A stretch of DNA of 64,000 nt from Dehalococcoidales bacterium (GCA_020342155.1 CP070842.1:1172594-1236593), one strand, 5' to 3'. Counted from the first letter of the stretch, positions 1 to 10,163 are shown. Notes: generated by a model not told the origin, from the sequence alone. Numbers and translations are program-made.

Positions 1-1169
1 TCTACCTTCGCCGGACTAAAGTGTGGCGACCCATCAGTAGCATCCCACTGTAGCTCTCTTAGCACTTCATCGATGTCACTGAGAGTGGATGTGAAAGGCT
101 CGTCACCATTACTGTTGAGCTCAATAGCCTCCCACCGGTCAATCCGGGAACGGCTGGCAGGTATCCTGCTGGCCAGCTGGTAAAGGTGTATCATTGCTTC
201 GGTGCTGTCCTCTATACTCGCTTCCGGCGATATCACACGGTCCATAATCCTGCTGGCAAGTCGTAGCGGGGCGTGCAATATCGCTGGAACCAGCCATTTC
301 CCCGAACCCTGCAGGCTGAGTCGGACCATAATCTCAAGGAAAGCCTCTCTGAGCGAGTGCGAGGTGATGGGCGGCCTCAAGCTCAGTGCTTCAGCCTGAA
401 TCCTGCTGTAATCCTGTCCGATACCTCGATACCTCTGTTTGGTGAGGAAGTCAATACGACTGTCCTCTACTATAGTGAATATATCGGTGGCCAGCTTGCT
501 ATTATCGAAGAGATTTAAAAATCTCAGCAGGTCAGTTGTGGTATCATCCCCATCAACGGGACCGTGTAAAAGACCCAGGTTATGGCAAAGCGTGGTCGCT
601 TTGTCAATCCTGAATTCATAACTGCCGAATTCAAAGTGCCCTATCTGATGGGTAGCCATCACCTTGTACCAGGTGAAGTTCTCGGGTTTACTGGGATACC
701 TGTCAACGAACTCCGGCAGAAAGATGGCGTGACGGTCTATCGGGAGTTCCGCAGGCAGAACGGGAGTCTTACCACCAATCAGCGCCAAACAGTAGGTTTC
801 TATTAACTTTTTAATACTACTTAGTTCCACCCCGGGTGAAAGCTTCTCCAGCAGGTGGGCACTCCTGAACGTTCCCAGGCGGAAATACTCAATTCCGCTC
901 CCCTCGCTCTTCCGAAGAAGTTCAAGACCTTCCTGGCACCAGGACTCTAAACCAGCGGGACCAGCCCTTTCTATCACAAAAGGACAGGTTCTCAGGAATT
1001 CTGATACTGCAGGGGAGGACAGGCCAAGTGCTTCTTCGGCCAAGTCTAAAAGGCGGATATGCACCGAACGGGGCACCAGTCGCATTACCGCGCGAAGCTC
1101 GTCGGCAATCGTTGGTGGAAAGTTCTCAAGTGTCTGCTCTATCGAGATGGTGTCTCTGTCGTCTGTCAT
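1..1169 (-). CDS. Partial CDS (3' end off window): NorD/CbbO-like partner of the adjacent CbbQ/NorQ ATPase
   Basis: Absent from the supplied ORF track because it runs off the window edge. My translation of the minus strand from ATG 1169-1167 (MTDDRDTISIEQTLENFPPTIADELRAV...WYKVMATHQIGHFEFGSYEF...) stays open for all 389 codons down to position 1. It begins 27 nt after the CbbQ/NorQ stop, the usual Q-then-D/O gene order. The product name rests on context only; the expected C-terminal VWA domain would lie outside the window. Confidence 0.6.
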   Translation of the reverse strand, partial: MTDDRDTISIEQTLENFPPTIADELRAVMRLVPRSVHIRLLDLAEEALGLSSPAVSEFLRTCPFVIERAGPAGLESWCQEGLELLRKSEGSGIEYFRLGTFRSAHLLEKLSPGVELSSIKKLIETYCLALIGGKTPVLPAELPIDRHAIFLPEFVDRYPSKPENFTWYKVMATHQIGHFEFGSYEFRIDKATTLCHNLGLLHGPVDGDDTTTDLLRFLNLFDNSKLATDIFTIVEDSRIDFLTKQRYRGIGQDYSRIQAEALSLRPPITSHSLREAFLEIMVRLSLQGSGKWLVPAILHAPLRLASRIMDRVISPEASIEDSTEAMIHLYQLASRIPASRSRIDRWEAIELNSNGDEPFTSTLSDIDEVLRELQWDATDGSPHFSPAKV

Positions 1170-1196
1170 GTGGCCTATATTCTCAGTCGTATTGGC

Positions 1197-2096
1197 CTAC
1201 TCAAATATACTGGAAACAACCTCTTCGATACTCTGCTGGACCTCAGCTTCGTCTGAGATAGCCCAGACTACCGCCACCTGGCAAGCTCGCCGTGGTGCGA
1301 CGCCCTGTACAATGAGTTTCCCGGCGTAGATTAGCAGGCGGGTGCTTGCCCCTTCCTGCAAATGGTATTCCTTGAGGTTTCTCGCCTTCTCACCAAGCCG
1401 GGCCAGGTCGTGGGCCAGCGTCTCTACAACGCCACTCTCATGCTTGATGATTTCCGTCTCCAGATCCAGTGGGGGATAGTCAAACTCAATGGCGATAAAT
1501 CTCTGGCGAGTGCTCTGCTTGAGGTCTTTGAGAGTGCTTTGATAACCGGGATTATACGAAACTACCAGCAGAAAACCATCGTTAGCTTCAATCACCTCGC
1601 CCTTTTTCTCTACCGGCAGAATGCGGCGATGATCGGTGAGAGGGTGGACCAGGACCGTGGTATCTTTCCTTGCCTCAACTATCTCATCAAGATAGCAAAT
1701 AGCGCCAGCCTTGACTGCCCTGGAGAGCGGGCCGTCAATCCACTTCGTAGACTCACCCTCAAGGAGATACCTGCCGACAAGGTCGCTGGCCGTCAGGTCC
1801 TCGTGGCAGGCAACAGTAATCAGGGGAATTGCCCGCTGCCCGTCAGAAGAGGCGGCTTTCCGGGAACGGGACTTTACCACAGCGAGTGGCTTACCTAGTC
1901 GATAGGCCATGTATTCCAAAAACCTTGTCTTACCACATCCTGTGGGTCCCTTAAGGAGAACCGGTATTTTTTGGGAGTAAGCAGCCTCAAACAGCTTCAC
2001 CTCGTCCTTTACCGGGAGGTAGAACGGCTCTTCGGTAATAATGTATTCCTCTACCACGTGTTCCCGGTATGTTCCCTGCCCTTGAGCTGACATCAC
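1197..2096 (-). CDS. CbbQ/NirQ/NorQ/GpvN-family AAA+ ATPase (MoxR class)
   Basis: 299 aa. Walker A is [11 protein letters not shown] and Walker B is [10 protein letters not shown]. Length and overall pattern fit CbbQ/NorQ proteins. Confidence 0.9.
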   Translation of the reverse strand: MMSAQGQGTYREHVVEEYIITEEPFYLPVKDEVKLFEAAYSQKIPVLLKGPTGCGKTRFLEYMAYRLGKPLAVVKSRSRKAASSDGQRAIPLITVACHEDLTASDLVGRYLLEGESTKWIDGPLSRAVKAGAICYLDEIVEARKDTTVLVHPLTDHRRILPVEKKGEVIEANDGFLLVVSYNPGYQSTLKDLKQSTRQRFIAIEFDYPPLDLETEIIKHESGVVETLAHDLARLGEKARNLKEYHLQEGASTRLLIYAGKLIVQGVAPRRACQVAVVWAISDEAEVQQSIEEVVSSIFE

Positions 2097-2231
2097 TGCC
2101 TATTCCCCTTCAAATTCACTTGCTCTAGTATACCGAATATAAGAAGTTTGAGTCCAGTAACGCCGCCTTACTGGACAGATCCCGAACTCTCATCTAAAGA
2201 GAAGACGTTTATTCCAGTCAAGCGCGCTACA

Positions 2232-2261
2232 TTGACAAGTTACATGCAAGCGAGCTATATT
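2232..2261 (+). promoter_or_regulatory. Candidate sigma70-type promoter for the acyl-CoA dehydrogenase pair
   Basis: TTGACA (2232-2237), an 18-nt spacer, then TATATT (2256-2261), about 100 nt upstream of ATG 2360. Confidence 0.35.
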
Positions 2262-2359
2262 GTGCCGTCTATGGGTGTAAAGAGAAAGGAGGCATCGTCA
2301 GTTTTATTTAGTTTGGTCAGAGAGACTTGTCGCACACTCACTAGAATGAGGAGGTATAT

Positions 2360-3580
2360 ATGGAATTCGGATTTTCCGAAGGGCAGAAGAAGCTAATGGC
2401 AGAGATGCGCGAATTCTGTATGAATGAAATCCCGGAGGACTATGACCCGGAATATTCGGGACGCTTCCAGGAAGCAGAAACACTGGAGTTCTGGAAGCAG
2501 TTCCACCAGAAGGGAGTGGAAAAGGGGTGGCCGACGGCGGGCTGGCCCAAGAAATACGGTGGTATGGGCCTAAGCGCCATAGAGCAGGCAGCGATTGCTT
2601 CAGAAATGTCGTACTGGGGAGCACGCTGGGGAGGCATAATGGCTATGTCACTGGTGGCACCAACGATCCTGGCTGCTGGCACTGATGAGCAGAGAGAGAA
2701 GTGGGTCCCACCGATAGCCCGGGGAGAGATAACTGCCTTCGAGGCTTTCACCGAGCCCGATGCCGGTTCGGACGAAGCCAATGTGCAGCTCCGGGCAGTA
2801 CCTGACGGCGATGAATATGTTCTCAACGGGCAGAAGACGTTCATATCCGGTGGCGTAAAACCCGACTGGCTCTACACGCTGTGTAAAACCGCCGACGTTA
2901 CTCCTAAGCATCGCGGGCTGAGTATTTTCATGGTACCCGGTGATGCTCCCGGTGTGTCCTACCGACCATTACCCACTATGGGCGGCTCACAGCAAAACGA
3001 GATTTTCTATGACAATGTCGGGGTACCCAAGGAGAACCTGGTAGGTGAGTTAAACCGGGGCTTCTATCTTGCCATGACTACCTTCGAGTTTGAAAGGGCA
3101 GCTGGCGGCGGACTGGGCGCCAGGCGTAGCATGGAAAAGATTATGGAATACGCCCGGCAGGAAAAGCTGAACGATAAACCGCTTTATAAAGACCCGAAGG
3201 CACGGGACATGCTGGCAAGGATGGCCGTCCACCAACATCTGGGATTCCTCTTTGGCTGGTATACCGCCTGGCACAGGAGCCAGAGAGAAAAGCTGGGCCC
3301 ACAGCACTATAACTCGGGCACGCTCTGGGCTAGACTCTGGCAGGAATTTGATGGTGAGCATATGAGACGCGTTTTCGGAATGTACACGCAGCTCAAACAG
3401 AAATCGAAATATGCGAAATACCATGGGAGACCGGGACGCACCTGGGAATACATGCATGCCCACCATGCCGCGGGCAGTCCAGAGATACGCAGAGTCGTCA
3501 TTGCCGATAGAGGTCTTGGTCTGCCCAGGATACCAAGACAATTCAACGTCCAGATAAACGAGGCTCTTAGACAGGGTTGA
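2360..3580 (+). CDS. Acyl-CoA dehydrogenase family protein
   Basis: 406 aa. ACAD N-terminal, middle and C-terminal pattern (GLSAIEQAAIASEM, AFTEPDAGSD, LNGQKTFISGG, FEFERAAGGGLG). Confidence 0.9.
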   Translation: MEFGFSEGQKKLMAEMREFCMNEIPEDYDPEYSGRFQEAETLEFWKQFHQKGVEKGWPTAGWPKKYGGMGLSAIEQAAIASEMSYWGARWGGIMAMSLVAPTILAAGTDEQREKWVPPIARGEITAFEAFTEPDAGSDEANVQLRAVPDGDEYVLNGQKTFISGGVKPDWLYTLCKTADVTPKHRGLSIFMVPGDAPGVSYRPLPTMGGSQQNEIFYDNVGVPKENLVGELNRGFYLAMTTFEFERAAGGGLGARRSMEKIMEYARQEKLNDKPLYKDPKARDMLARMAVHQHLGFLFGWYTAWHRSQREKLGPQHYNSGTLWARLWQEFDGEHMRRVFGMYTQLKQKSKYAKYHGRPGRTWEYMHAHHAAGSPEIRRVVIADRGLGLPRIPRQFNVQINEALRQG

Positions 3581-3624
3581 TGACGTGAGACGAGGAGCAG
3601 GAAGAATTGTAGAAGGAGAAGGGT

Positions 3625-4881
3625 ATGGATTTTGCACTTAGCGAAGACCAGGAAATGCTAAAAACTATGGCCCGCGATTTCCTGGAGAAGGAATGCCCTG
3701 AGGTCATGGTCAGGCAGATAGAGACCGATGAGAGAGGCTACTCCCCAGAGCTATGGCGCCAGATAGCAGAACTGGGCTGGCTGGGAATCAGTATTCCTGA
3801 GGAATATGGGGGTACCGGTGGTGACGCGATAGACCTGATGGTCCTTCACGAAGAAATTGGGAGAGCGTTATTCCCCAGCCCTCACCTATCCACCGTGGTG
3901 CTCTGTGGGCACACTATCCTGGATGTTGGCAGTACGGAGCAGAAGCAGGAGTTACTGCCCAAGATAGTCAACGGAGAACTGATTCTGGCAATGGCCTTGA
4001 CCGAACCCGAATCCAGTTGGGACGGTAAGGCCTGGGACCCCGAAGGAGTAACTGTCAAGGCAGCTCCTGATGGCGATGACTATGTCATCGATGGTATCAA
4101 GTTGTTCGTCCATGATGCTCACATTGCTGATTACCTGCTATGTGTGGCTAGGACCAAGGATGACGGACCACCTGAGGAAGGGATAACCCTGTTTCTGGTA
4201 GACGCCAAAAGTCCTGGGATTAGCTATGAGCTACTGGATACCCTGGCCAACCGGAACAAGCAATGCGAGGTCGTTTTCGACAAGGTAAAGGTCCCCAAGT
4301 CAAACATCGTCGGTGAATTGAACGGCGGATGGGCACCCTTATTCAAGTCTATCACGACAGGGGCAGTATTGCTGTGCGCCCAGATGGTCGGTGCTGGTCA
4401 TCGAATCCAGGAGTTGACGGTTGATTACGCCAAGACCAGAATACAGTTCGATATGCCTATCGGCATTAACCAGCATGTCCAGGAGCATTGTGTCCAGCTT
4501 GTTATCCGCCAGGATGCTTGCCGGTATGCGACCCAGTATGCAGCCTGGGCGCTTGGCCAGCCGGGGCAGGACATGGAGGTAGCCATGGCCAAGGCCTGGT
4601 GCAGCGAAGCCTTCGAGCATATCTGCTGGCGCGCCCACCAGGTTTTTGCCGGTGTCGGCACCATGGCAGTACTCCACATTATGCCTATGTATACCAGGAG
4701 GGGAATCGTCATGGAGCACTATCTGGGCGACACTCCATTCTGGCTGGAGAAGGTAGCACTGGAGATGGAGAAATTGCCTCTCCACCAGAAGACTAAAGGG
4801 AAACCGCTCGGTCTCTGGGACCCCGATAGGAAACAGGTGCCAGTCTGGGATATCTGGCGAGAGTACGCCGAGAGTTTATAA
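3625..4881 (+). CDS. Acyl-CoA dehydrogenase family protein (second subunit-like paralogue)
   Basis: 418 aa. ACAD pattern (MALTEPESSWD, IDGIKLFV, VGAGHRIQELTVDYAKTRIQF). Lies 44 nt after the first ACAD. Confidence 0.9.
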   Translation: MDFALSEDQEMLKTMARDFLEKECPEVMVRQIETDERGYSPELWRQIAELGWLGISIPEEYGGTGGDAIDLMVLHEEIGRALFPSPHLSTVVLCGHTILDVGSTEQKQELLPKIVNGELILAMALTEPESSWDGKAWDPEGVTVKAAPDGDDYVIDGIKLFVHDAHIADYLLCVARTKDDGPPEEGITLFLVDAKSPGISYELLDTLANRNKQCEVVFDKVKVPKSNIVGELNGGWAPLFKSITTGAVLLCAQMVGAGHRIQELTVDYAKTRIQFDMPIGINQHVQEHCVQLVIRQDACRYATQYAAWALGQPGQDMEVAMAKAWCSEAFEHICWRAHQVFAGVGTMAVLHIMPMYTRRGIVMEHYLGDTPFWLEKVALEMEKLPLHQKTKGKPLGLWDPDRKQVPVWDIWREYAESL

Positions 4882-4888
4882 GGAGAAA

Positions 4889-4917
4889 AGCCCGGGGCTA
4901 AGCCCCGGGCTTCTTCA
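4889..4917 (+). terminator. Rho-independent terminator after the ACAD operon
   Basis: AGCCCGGGGC-taa-GCCCCGGGCT hairpin followed by TCTTC. Confidence 0.7.
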
Positions 4918-4969
4918 TCTAGCACGCGAGCAACCGGTAAAAAGCATTAAGCAGGCACTTTAGCCCCGG

Positions 4970-4983
4970 TGGTGGAACTGGGG
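4970..4983. repeat. Direct repeat of the tRNA-Ala 3' terminus (putative distal att site)
   Basis: TGGTGGAACTGGGG here versus TGGTGGAGCTGGGG at 10164-10177 (13/14). Both copies are preceded by CCCC. Confidence 0.6.
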
Positions 4984-5213
4984 CATCAGGAGGAAGAATT
5001 CTCATAGTGACATCCTAGTAGTTAGTTACCTCACAGTTTACTAGAATGTCGAGTTGCTTATTAAGTCAATGTTGAATATCACCGCAAGCTTGGAAAATCA
5101 AAGTAGACGATTGAGTGATTGAACGAATAAGAGATATCTATCCAGCCGTTTTAATAGCTATTCCATGCCGTAACTCTTACTTAAATTGTCGTATTCTTTG
5201 TTTGAGCAGGTCA

Positions 5214-5630
5214 CTAGCGAATTCCTGTATCAATCTCAATATCTAATTTAAAAGTGATACCAGACTTTATTTCCACCTGTTTAGGCACATCATCACTATA
5301 ATCGATACCTATGCTGTTAATATCAACTGTATAAATACCAGGTTCCAGTTCTACTCTGTATCTGGTGTAGTTCTCTTCTTGATTGCATTCAATGTCCACT
5401 TGCATTACTAGCTCGGTACCACTCTTGTCGTAAATCATTATTTTTCTGGCATCGTAAATATCGCATCGAAGGACTGCATCCTGACCTGGTTGCTCAACCG
5501 GTGTTATGGGACCGATGAGCACATTTCCCTGCAAGAGTCCTTTTTCGTCTGTACTAGAACATCCAACAAAAAATAATCCCAGTACTATTATTGCTACTAA
5601 AAGTATATTTAGCTTCATTCGTTTAGCCAA
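5214..5630 (-). CDS. Hypothetical lipoprotein
   Basis: 138 aa. Signal peptide with lipobox (LFFVGC|SS). Confidence 0.75.
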   Translation of the reverse strand: MAKRMKLNILLVAIIVLGLFFVGCSSTDEKGLLQGNVLIGPITPVEQPGQDAVLRCDIYDARKIMIYDKSGTELVMQVDIECNQEENYTRYRVELEPGIYTVDINSIGIDYSDDVPKQVEIKSGITFKLDIEIDTGIR

Positions 5631-5694
5631 TTATTACTATGCCCATCTTTTCCAGAATATCTCGGGGTATAGTATCAAATAATCACACTTCTAT

Positions 5695-6648
5695 TTAGTC
5701 ATCGTATGTGATCAGTTCTACGTCTATTTCACTAACGTAAACAAGGTTCATACCAAGGGTGAAAAGGAAACCATCCTGAACATTCTGTATAAATCGGATC
5801 GGGCCAACTTCATCATCGAAACGGGCAATGACCTGCTGTTGCCCCTCACTAAAAAAGTTGATACCAGCCATTGGTTTTATGAGAATCATGTCGAGAGAAA
5901 TGATTGCAGGGACATACTGAGGCTCGACATATGTCTTCTCCATATAGTCAGCGGCGATATAAAACTCCATTGTTTCCACGCTAGTCGGAGCGGAAGGATC
6001 AGATATATTGATAGTAAAATACGCTTTTCCATCCGTAACGTAATCTAGCTGAACTGCAAACCCGTTGTAGGCCTGACCTACAGTTAGACCGGTATTACTA
6101 TCTATTATGGGTATCGCCCTCAGATCCGATGATACTACATATGCATTGTGTGTATTCTGAGAATGCAGAATCCTATCCCTATTCAGTCTCTCTATATCCG
6201 CTTCTACTAGCAAAGCTCCTCCCTGAGGAAGGATACTACCATCGTCATAGATCACCCAGGTAGGCCTGTTGAACGAAGCAAAATGCTCATCAAAATCAGC
6301 GTTAAACCACAGGGCATTATTAAATGCTTCACTGGCATTAGATGGCCACCTGTCGACTATATATTTATACGCTTCAAGATTTTCGTGACGCTCGACAAAG
6401 TCGCCTTCTGCTAAAGATGGGAACAGTATCCCTATATATTCTTTAGCCTCGGGTGTTTGAGCCATATCAATCAACCTGGCTACTACCACCAGCTGAGCCT
6501 CATCATCCGTAAAAACCACATCTGATGTATTTGTACTACAAGCTGTGGTAGACAGTACGGTCACCAGCAGCACCACTAGAACACCCAGAGCAGTGCGCCA
6601 CCAGGAGCTTCGAAGATATTTGTTCATGAGTCGTCCTCTTTTCGTCAA
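5695..6648 (-). CDS. Hypothetical lipoprotein
   Basis: 317 aa. Hydrophobic N-terminal segment followed by TTAC|S lipobox-like cysteine. Confidence 0.75.
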   Translation of the reverse strand: MTKRGRLMNKYLRSSWWRTALGVLVVLLVTVLSTTACSTNTSDVVFTDDEAQLVVVARLIDMAQTPEAKEYIGILFPSLAEGDFVERHENLEAYKYIVDRWPSNASEAFNNALWFNADFDEHFASFNRPTWVIYDDGSILPQGGALLVEADIERLNRDRILHSQNTHNAYVVSSDLRAIPIIDSNTGLTVGQAYNGFAVQLDYVTDGKAYFTINISDPSAPTSVETMEFYIAADYMEKTYVEPQYVPAIISLDMILIKPMAGINFFSEGQQQVIARFDDEVGPIRFIQNVQDGFLFTLGMNLVYVSEIDVELITYDD

Positions 6649-6893
6649 TATACTAACTCGCCTGGACCTATTACCCGCCGGCTAATTCTCAGTTTACCTT
6701 GAGTAGAGACCACGTTCTCCAACAATTCCTTTAACCTCTTACCAAACAGCTTCCGATGTCGCCGGACAATAAGCTTTAGCAGAACGGCATCAGAAGGGTT
6801 TTCTTCGAGTACATGGAAATTAGCCCCAATACCACAATCAGTAGAGTTTCCTCTTGATCGAGTTACATAAACAAGATTATTCAACTCATCCAA
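6645..6893 (-). CDS. Small basic hypothetical protein (uncertain)
   Basis: 82-aa ORF bridging two larger genes with 4- and 13-nt overlaps. No recognisable motif. Confidence 0.3.
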   Translation of the reverse strand: MDELNNLVYVTRSRGNSTDCGIGANFHVLEENPSDAVLLKLIVRRHRKLFGKRLKELLENVVSTQGKLRISRRVIGPGELVY

Positions 6894-8719
6894 GTTGGAC
6901 CGACACGACCAGTAATCTCCCAGGATCCATCAACATCTTCAAGGACATATGTTGTGCCACCTGCAGCTAGATTCGCTATGTAAATGCTTCCTGCCACTTG
7001 GACTGAGCCGTCTTTTTTCAGGTAGATATTTCCCAATGTAATGATCGCCCTACCACGTTTCACTTCAAGATTAGATTGTTCAAATTCGGCATCTCCAAAC
7101 CTGTTAACCCATACAATATCTATGTTTAGGTCGCTTATCATTCTGGAAATCTCATCTTGCATGGTCTCTGTAATCATATGTGTATTTGATGGTTGGCCTT
7201 CAACTGTATTCCCGGCACTATCGTCCGTGCTCTTGATAACGTAAAGAGTGTCAGGATTAAGATTTCCCCCGAATGTATCATCTTCTGTCGCAAGCTGCCG
7301 TATTACAGCAGCATAGATAGCTGTTTCATCTTGTATTGGTAAACTAGTTTGAATCTGTTGACCTGCGAACTGTGTGCCTAGAACGGTCTCAAGTGCTTCT
7401 GTTACCGCCAAGTTTTCACCGACGTATAGCGCGATTATTCTACCAGCTTGATAAAAATGGGGTGGAGCAACCCAAAACGGCATACTGGTACCTATATAAC
7501 TACCATCAGTTGATACAAGCACCGCCTCCTCTTCGGCTGCTGCCTGAACGCTGTACTCGAAGACCTGAACTTCCTCCCCATTCACTTTAAATACCTGTCC
7601 TGTGACCGAGAAGAAGTCCTGAACTATTACTTGCGGTAACGTTTCATGCTCAACTGTAGCTCCGGCCGAACGAAGGCTATCTACGAGGCTATCATAGTCT
7701 ATCAACGATCTAACTAATACCTCTTCAGCTTTTACTTGTGCCGGATATGATTCCATGACAGGCCCTTTAAACCATACTTCTACGGTTTGCCCGTTTTGTA
7801 ATGCACCAAACGCTACCGTGTAATGATCCTGCCCGTTATATTCATAGATCGGTGTATTCTTCTCAATGGTCACCCAGAATTTGTCTGAGGTGTTATTTGG
7901 TTGTTCCAGTTCCACAAGTATTCGCCCGTCTATGGTTTCACTGCAGACAGGATCGATTTCTGTGATGATCCCGGTAATATCGGATTCTTCTCGGAGTATA
8001 ACATTATCAGGATCTATGGGATCGGAAAATTCCTCTTGATTTATCATATCCCATACGTTATCAATTGAGGCATACGCTATTTCTCCCTGTTCAACTGCAA
8101 TAGATAATTCGTGAGGGGTTATCACTTCAGCAAGCATATTACCAGTACGGTCACCATAACCTGCGTGTGCACTCTCAAACTCAATAACAAACATCCAAGT
8201 GAGTGGAATAGAGACTTCAATACTGTCAACTAGCTCTAAAGTATCTTCAATACCATCAAATACATAGGTGGGACTACTCCTAACAAAGTCAAGGGCTATT
8301 TGTTCACTCCCTTCTTTTGTTACTTGCTCCAGAGCCCTAACCTCAGTCACAGTACCTTCAGTATCTACGTTTCCTTCCCAATACCAGCCGGATTCCATAT
8401 TCAGAAGGACCACATCAAAAACCATATTCTCAGCGAGGACTATGGGATAGGAAACCTGTATCATCCACAGGTCTGAGATAAACTCTATAGTCTCTGATCC
8501 GATCAATCCTTCAGGAGTAGTGTTATATTCCTGCCATATTAAACCTGTACCTGGCACGTTATCAGTATATCGATTTTCTAGATACGACAACGCAGCGTCT
8601 CGAGCCTCACTGGCATTTTGAACATTACCAGGTTGATTGGTGAAACCTACCATGACAGATAAAGTGAGTATCGCTGCACTTAATGGTAATACTATCGAGA
8701 ATAGTTTTTGCTTCAGCAA
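6881..8719 (-). CDS. Large secreted or membrane-anchored hypothetical protein
   Basis: 612 aa with an N-terminal signal/anchor (LFSIVLPLSAAILTLSVMVGF). No motif recognised. Confidence 0.8.
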   Translation of the reverse strand: MLKQKLFSIVLPLSAAILTLSVMVGFTNQPGNVQNASEARDAALSYLENRYTDNVPGTGLIWQEYNTTPEGLIGSETIEFISDLWMIQVSYPIVLAENMVFDVVLLNMESGWYWEGNVDTEGTVTEVRALEQVTKEGSEQIALDFVRSSPTYVFDGIEDTLELVDSIEVSIPLTWMFVIEFESAHAGYGDRTGNMLAEVITPHELSIAVEQGEIAYASIDNVWDMINQEEFSDPIDPDNVILREESDITGIITEIDPVCSETIDGRILVELEQPNNTSDKFWVTIEKNTPIYEYNGQDHYTVAFGALQNGQTVEVWFKGPVMESYPAQVKAEEVLVRSLIDYDSLVDSLRSAGATVEHETLPQVIVQDFFSVTGQVFKVNGEEVQVFEYSVQAAAEEEAVLVSTDGSYIGTSMPFWVAPPHFYQAGRIIALYVGENLAVTEALETVLGTQFAGQQIQTSLPIQDETAIYAAVIRQLATEDDTFGGNLNPDTLYVIKSTDDSAGNTVEGQPSNTHMITETMQDEISRMISDLNIDIVWVNRFGDAEFEQSNLEVKRGRAIITLGNIYLKKDGSVQVAGSIYIANLAAGGTTYVLEDVDGSWEITGRVGPTWMS

Positions 8720-9188
8720 TTGGCCCCCCGTTATTTACTTTCTTTCCATTTTTCCCGTAATGTCACTTCTTCTACTTATACGATACAATAGTAGAAAGTA
8801 TCACAACTTCTAACTGTTGCATCACATATTTTGTGGTTATAAACAACTTTGAATAGAAGCTGGCTGTGTCGATATTGATTCTATTCTGCCTTCTACTTCA
8901 GACTAATATATTCTTGTAACCTTTTTATGTAACTCTAGTCACTCTTGTTTTGATATTTGCATTTAATTGCATGCAATTATCGTTTCTTGACAACAGTTAC
9001 CGTCAGGAAATAATACTACATTTCTTTTCATCCATAGACGAATAGCGTTACAAGATAAACAAATATTCCGGTATTTAATCGATGATAACAATCTGACTTA
9101 TTGTTATGTGGACTGAGGCTGCACAATACATCTTGTTGTTACTGCACAATCAGCCATAAGGTAAGATCTCAAGAACTAGCACGTGCGA

Positions 9189-9217
9189 TTGACACTGGAA
9201 GATTCCGGCCCTAGAAT
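9189..9217 (+). promoter_or_regulatory. Candidate sigma70-type promoter
   Basis: TTGACA (9189-9194), a 17-nt spacer, then TAGAAT (9212-9217). Confidence 0.5.
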
Positions 9218-9294
9218 TGGTACGAAGTCAAATACTCAGTATAAACAGGTTTCTTTGTTCACATTCGGTGCTGTGGCAACAAGGGGGAATGCAG

Positions 9295-9861
9295 ATGGAT
9301 ATTGTACTTGGTCGACTTACAGAAGCATCTGTTGAATATCAGAATGAGTATATAGTCTCTTTTGGTACTAACGGGCGTCTCATTATTCGATACTGGGTAT
9401 TCCGTAAGAGGGAAGAGCAATCGGAGGATGATTCATCAGAATATGTGGAAAAGGTTCCTCCTACGGGGCTCGCTATCACATTGAACGGACAACGCTACGC
9501 TTATCTTGAGAACTCATTCGTCAAGAATGCTATGCAGTATTACCACTTTATCCCAGATACGATGTTTGTCCAGGCGGAGTGCGGTCTTCTGTCTGAAAGA
9601 CGTAGGAAAGAGCTCGTTCGTACCACTCAGTCGGGCGTTCCGATTGATAAAAAGACACTGGAACTCATTGAAACGGTGCTGCGAGATATAGTAACTGTGG
9701 ATGTGGAACTATTCGGCTTGGAGCGTAAGAGGATACGTAAAACACTTGTCGAATCGACCATAAATCCATCACTTAAACGGTTGGACCGCAAGAGGGCACG
9801 AAAAGTACTTATCAAACTCAATGCTGACGAATTAGAGGCAGCACGCTGCCCGGGGGACTAA
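9295..9861 (+). CDS. Hypothetical protein
   Basis: The track ORF starts at TTG 9217, which overlaps the -10 box. ATG 9295 follows the RBS AAGGGGGAA (9281-9289). No family recognised. Confidence 0.6.
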   Translation: MDIVLGRLTEASVEYQNEYIVSFGTNGRLIIRYWVFRKREEQSEDDSSEYVEKVPPTGLAITLNGQRYAYLENSFVKNAMQYYHFIPDTMFVQAECGLLSERRRKELVRTTQSGVPIDKKTLELIETVLRDIVTVDVELFGLERKRIRKTLVESTINPSLKRLDRKRARKVLIKLNADELEAARCPGD

Positions 9862-9950
9862 CAGTTAGCATTAGCCGGTCTCTTTCCATGACGCGCTATG
9901 TCGACCACCAGGAGTTCATGATATATCCAAAGGGCATGCAATCTATTTAT

Positions 9951-10160
9951 TTAATACAACCGAATGCAATGAATAGTATGATTGCACTTTCCGATGTTTT
10001 GTTCAGCAGCTGAGGTTATAGCCAATCGTACAGGCACCACCATATCCGCGCTGATAAACCTGCTTATAGCCAGGTCATAGTAACGGGCGTCGTAGTAGTA
10101 CAGGCCGGTGCCACCAGACGGGAAAAGGAGAGAGTCGCTTGGAGTTCTGCCTATTGTCAC
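9951..10160 (-). pseudogene. RHS-repeat-associated core (tip) fragment
   Basis: GTGLYYYDARYYDLAISRFISAD matches the RHS core signature (G.YYY.ARYYD...GRFiS.D). Only 69 codons remain, starting 4 nt from the tRNA-Ala 3' end, and no YD-repeat body is present. Confidence 0.6.
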
Positions 10161-10163
10161 CCC

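Larger units (their letters stand above)
4984..10163. mobile_element. AT-rich, integrase-less genomic island at the 3' end of tRNA-Ala
   Basis: Bounded by the 13/14 direct repeat. 60-nt samples count about 30-40% G+C inside versus about 52% just outside. Contents are lipoproteins, secreted proteins and an RHS fragment, with long AT-rich intergenic stretches. Confidence 0.5.

Noticed and set aside
1362-1898. 178-aa plus-strand ORF inside the CbbQ/NorQ gene. Similar long antisense ORFs lie at 10561-10962, 11791-12288, 13538-14128, 14900-15394, 21905-22393, 35767-36183, 47253-47675, 50602-51036, 51793-52230, 52490-53082 and 57669-58175.
   Set aside because: All lie antisense to, or out of frame within, CDS with clear family signatures. 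They have low-complexity, Arg/Ser/Pro-rich translations typical of shadow ORFs in moderately GC-rich DNA.
8967-8976. Palindrome TTGCATGCAA in the AT-rich island spacer, considered as an operator.
   Set aside because: It is a single short palindrome in very AT-rich DNA with no nearby regulator gene, so it is compatible with chance.
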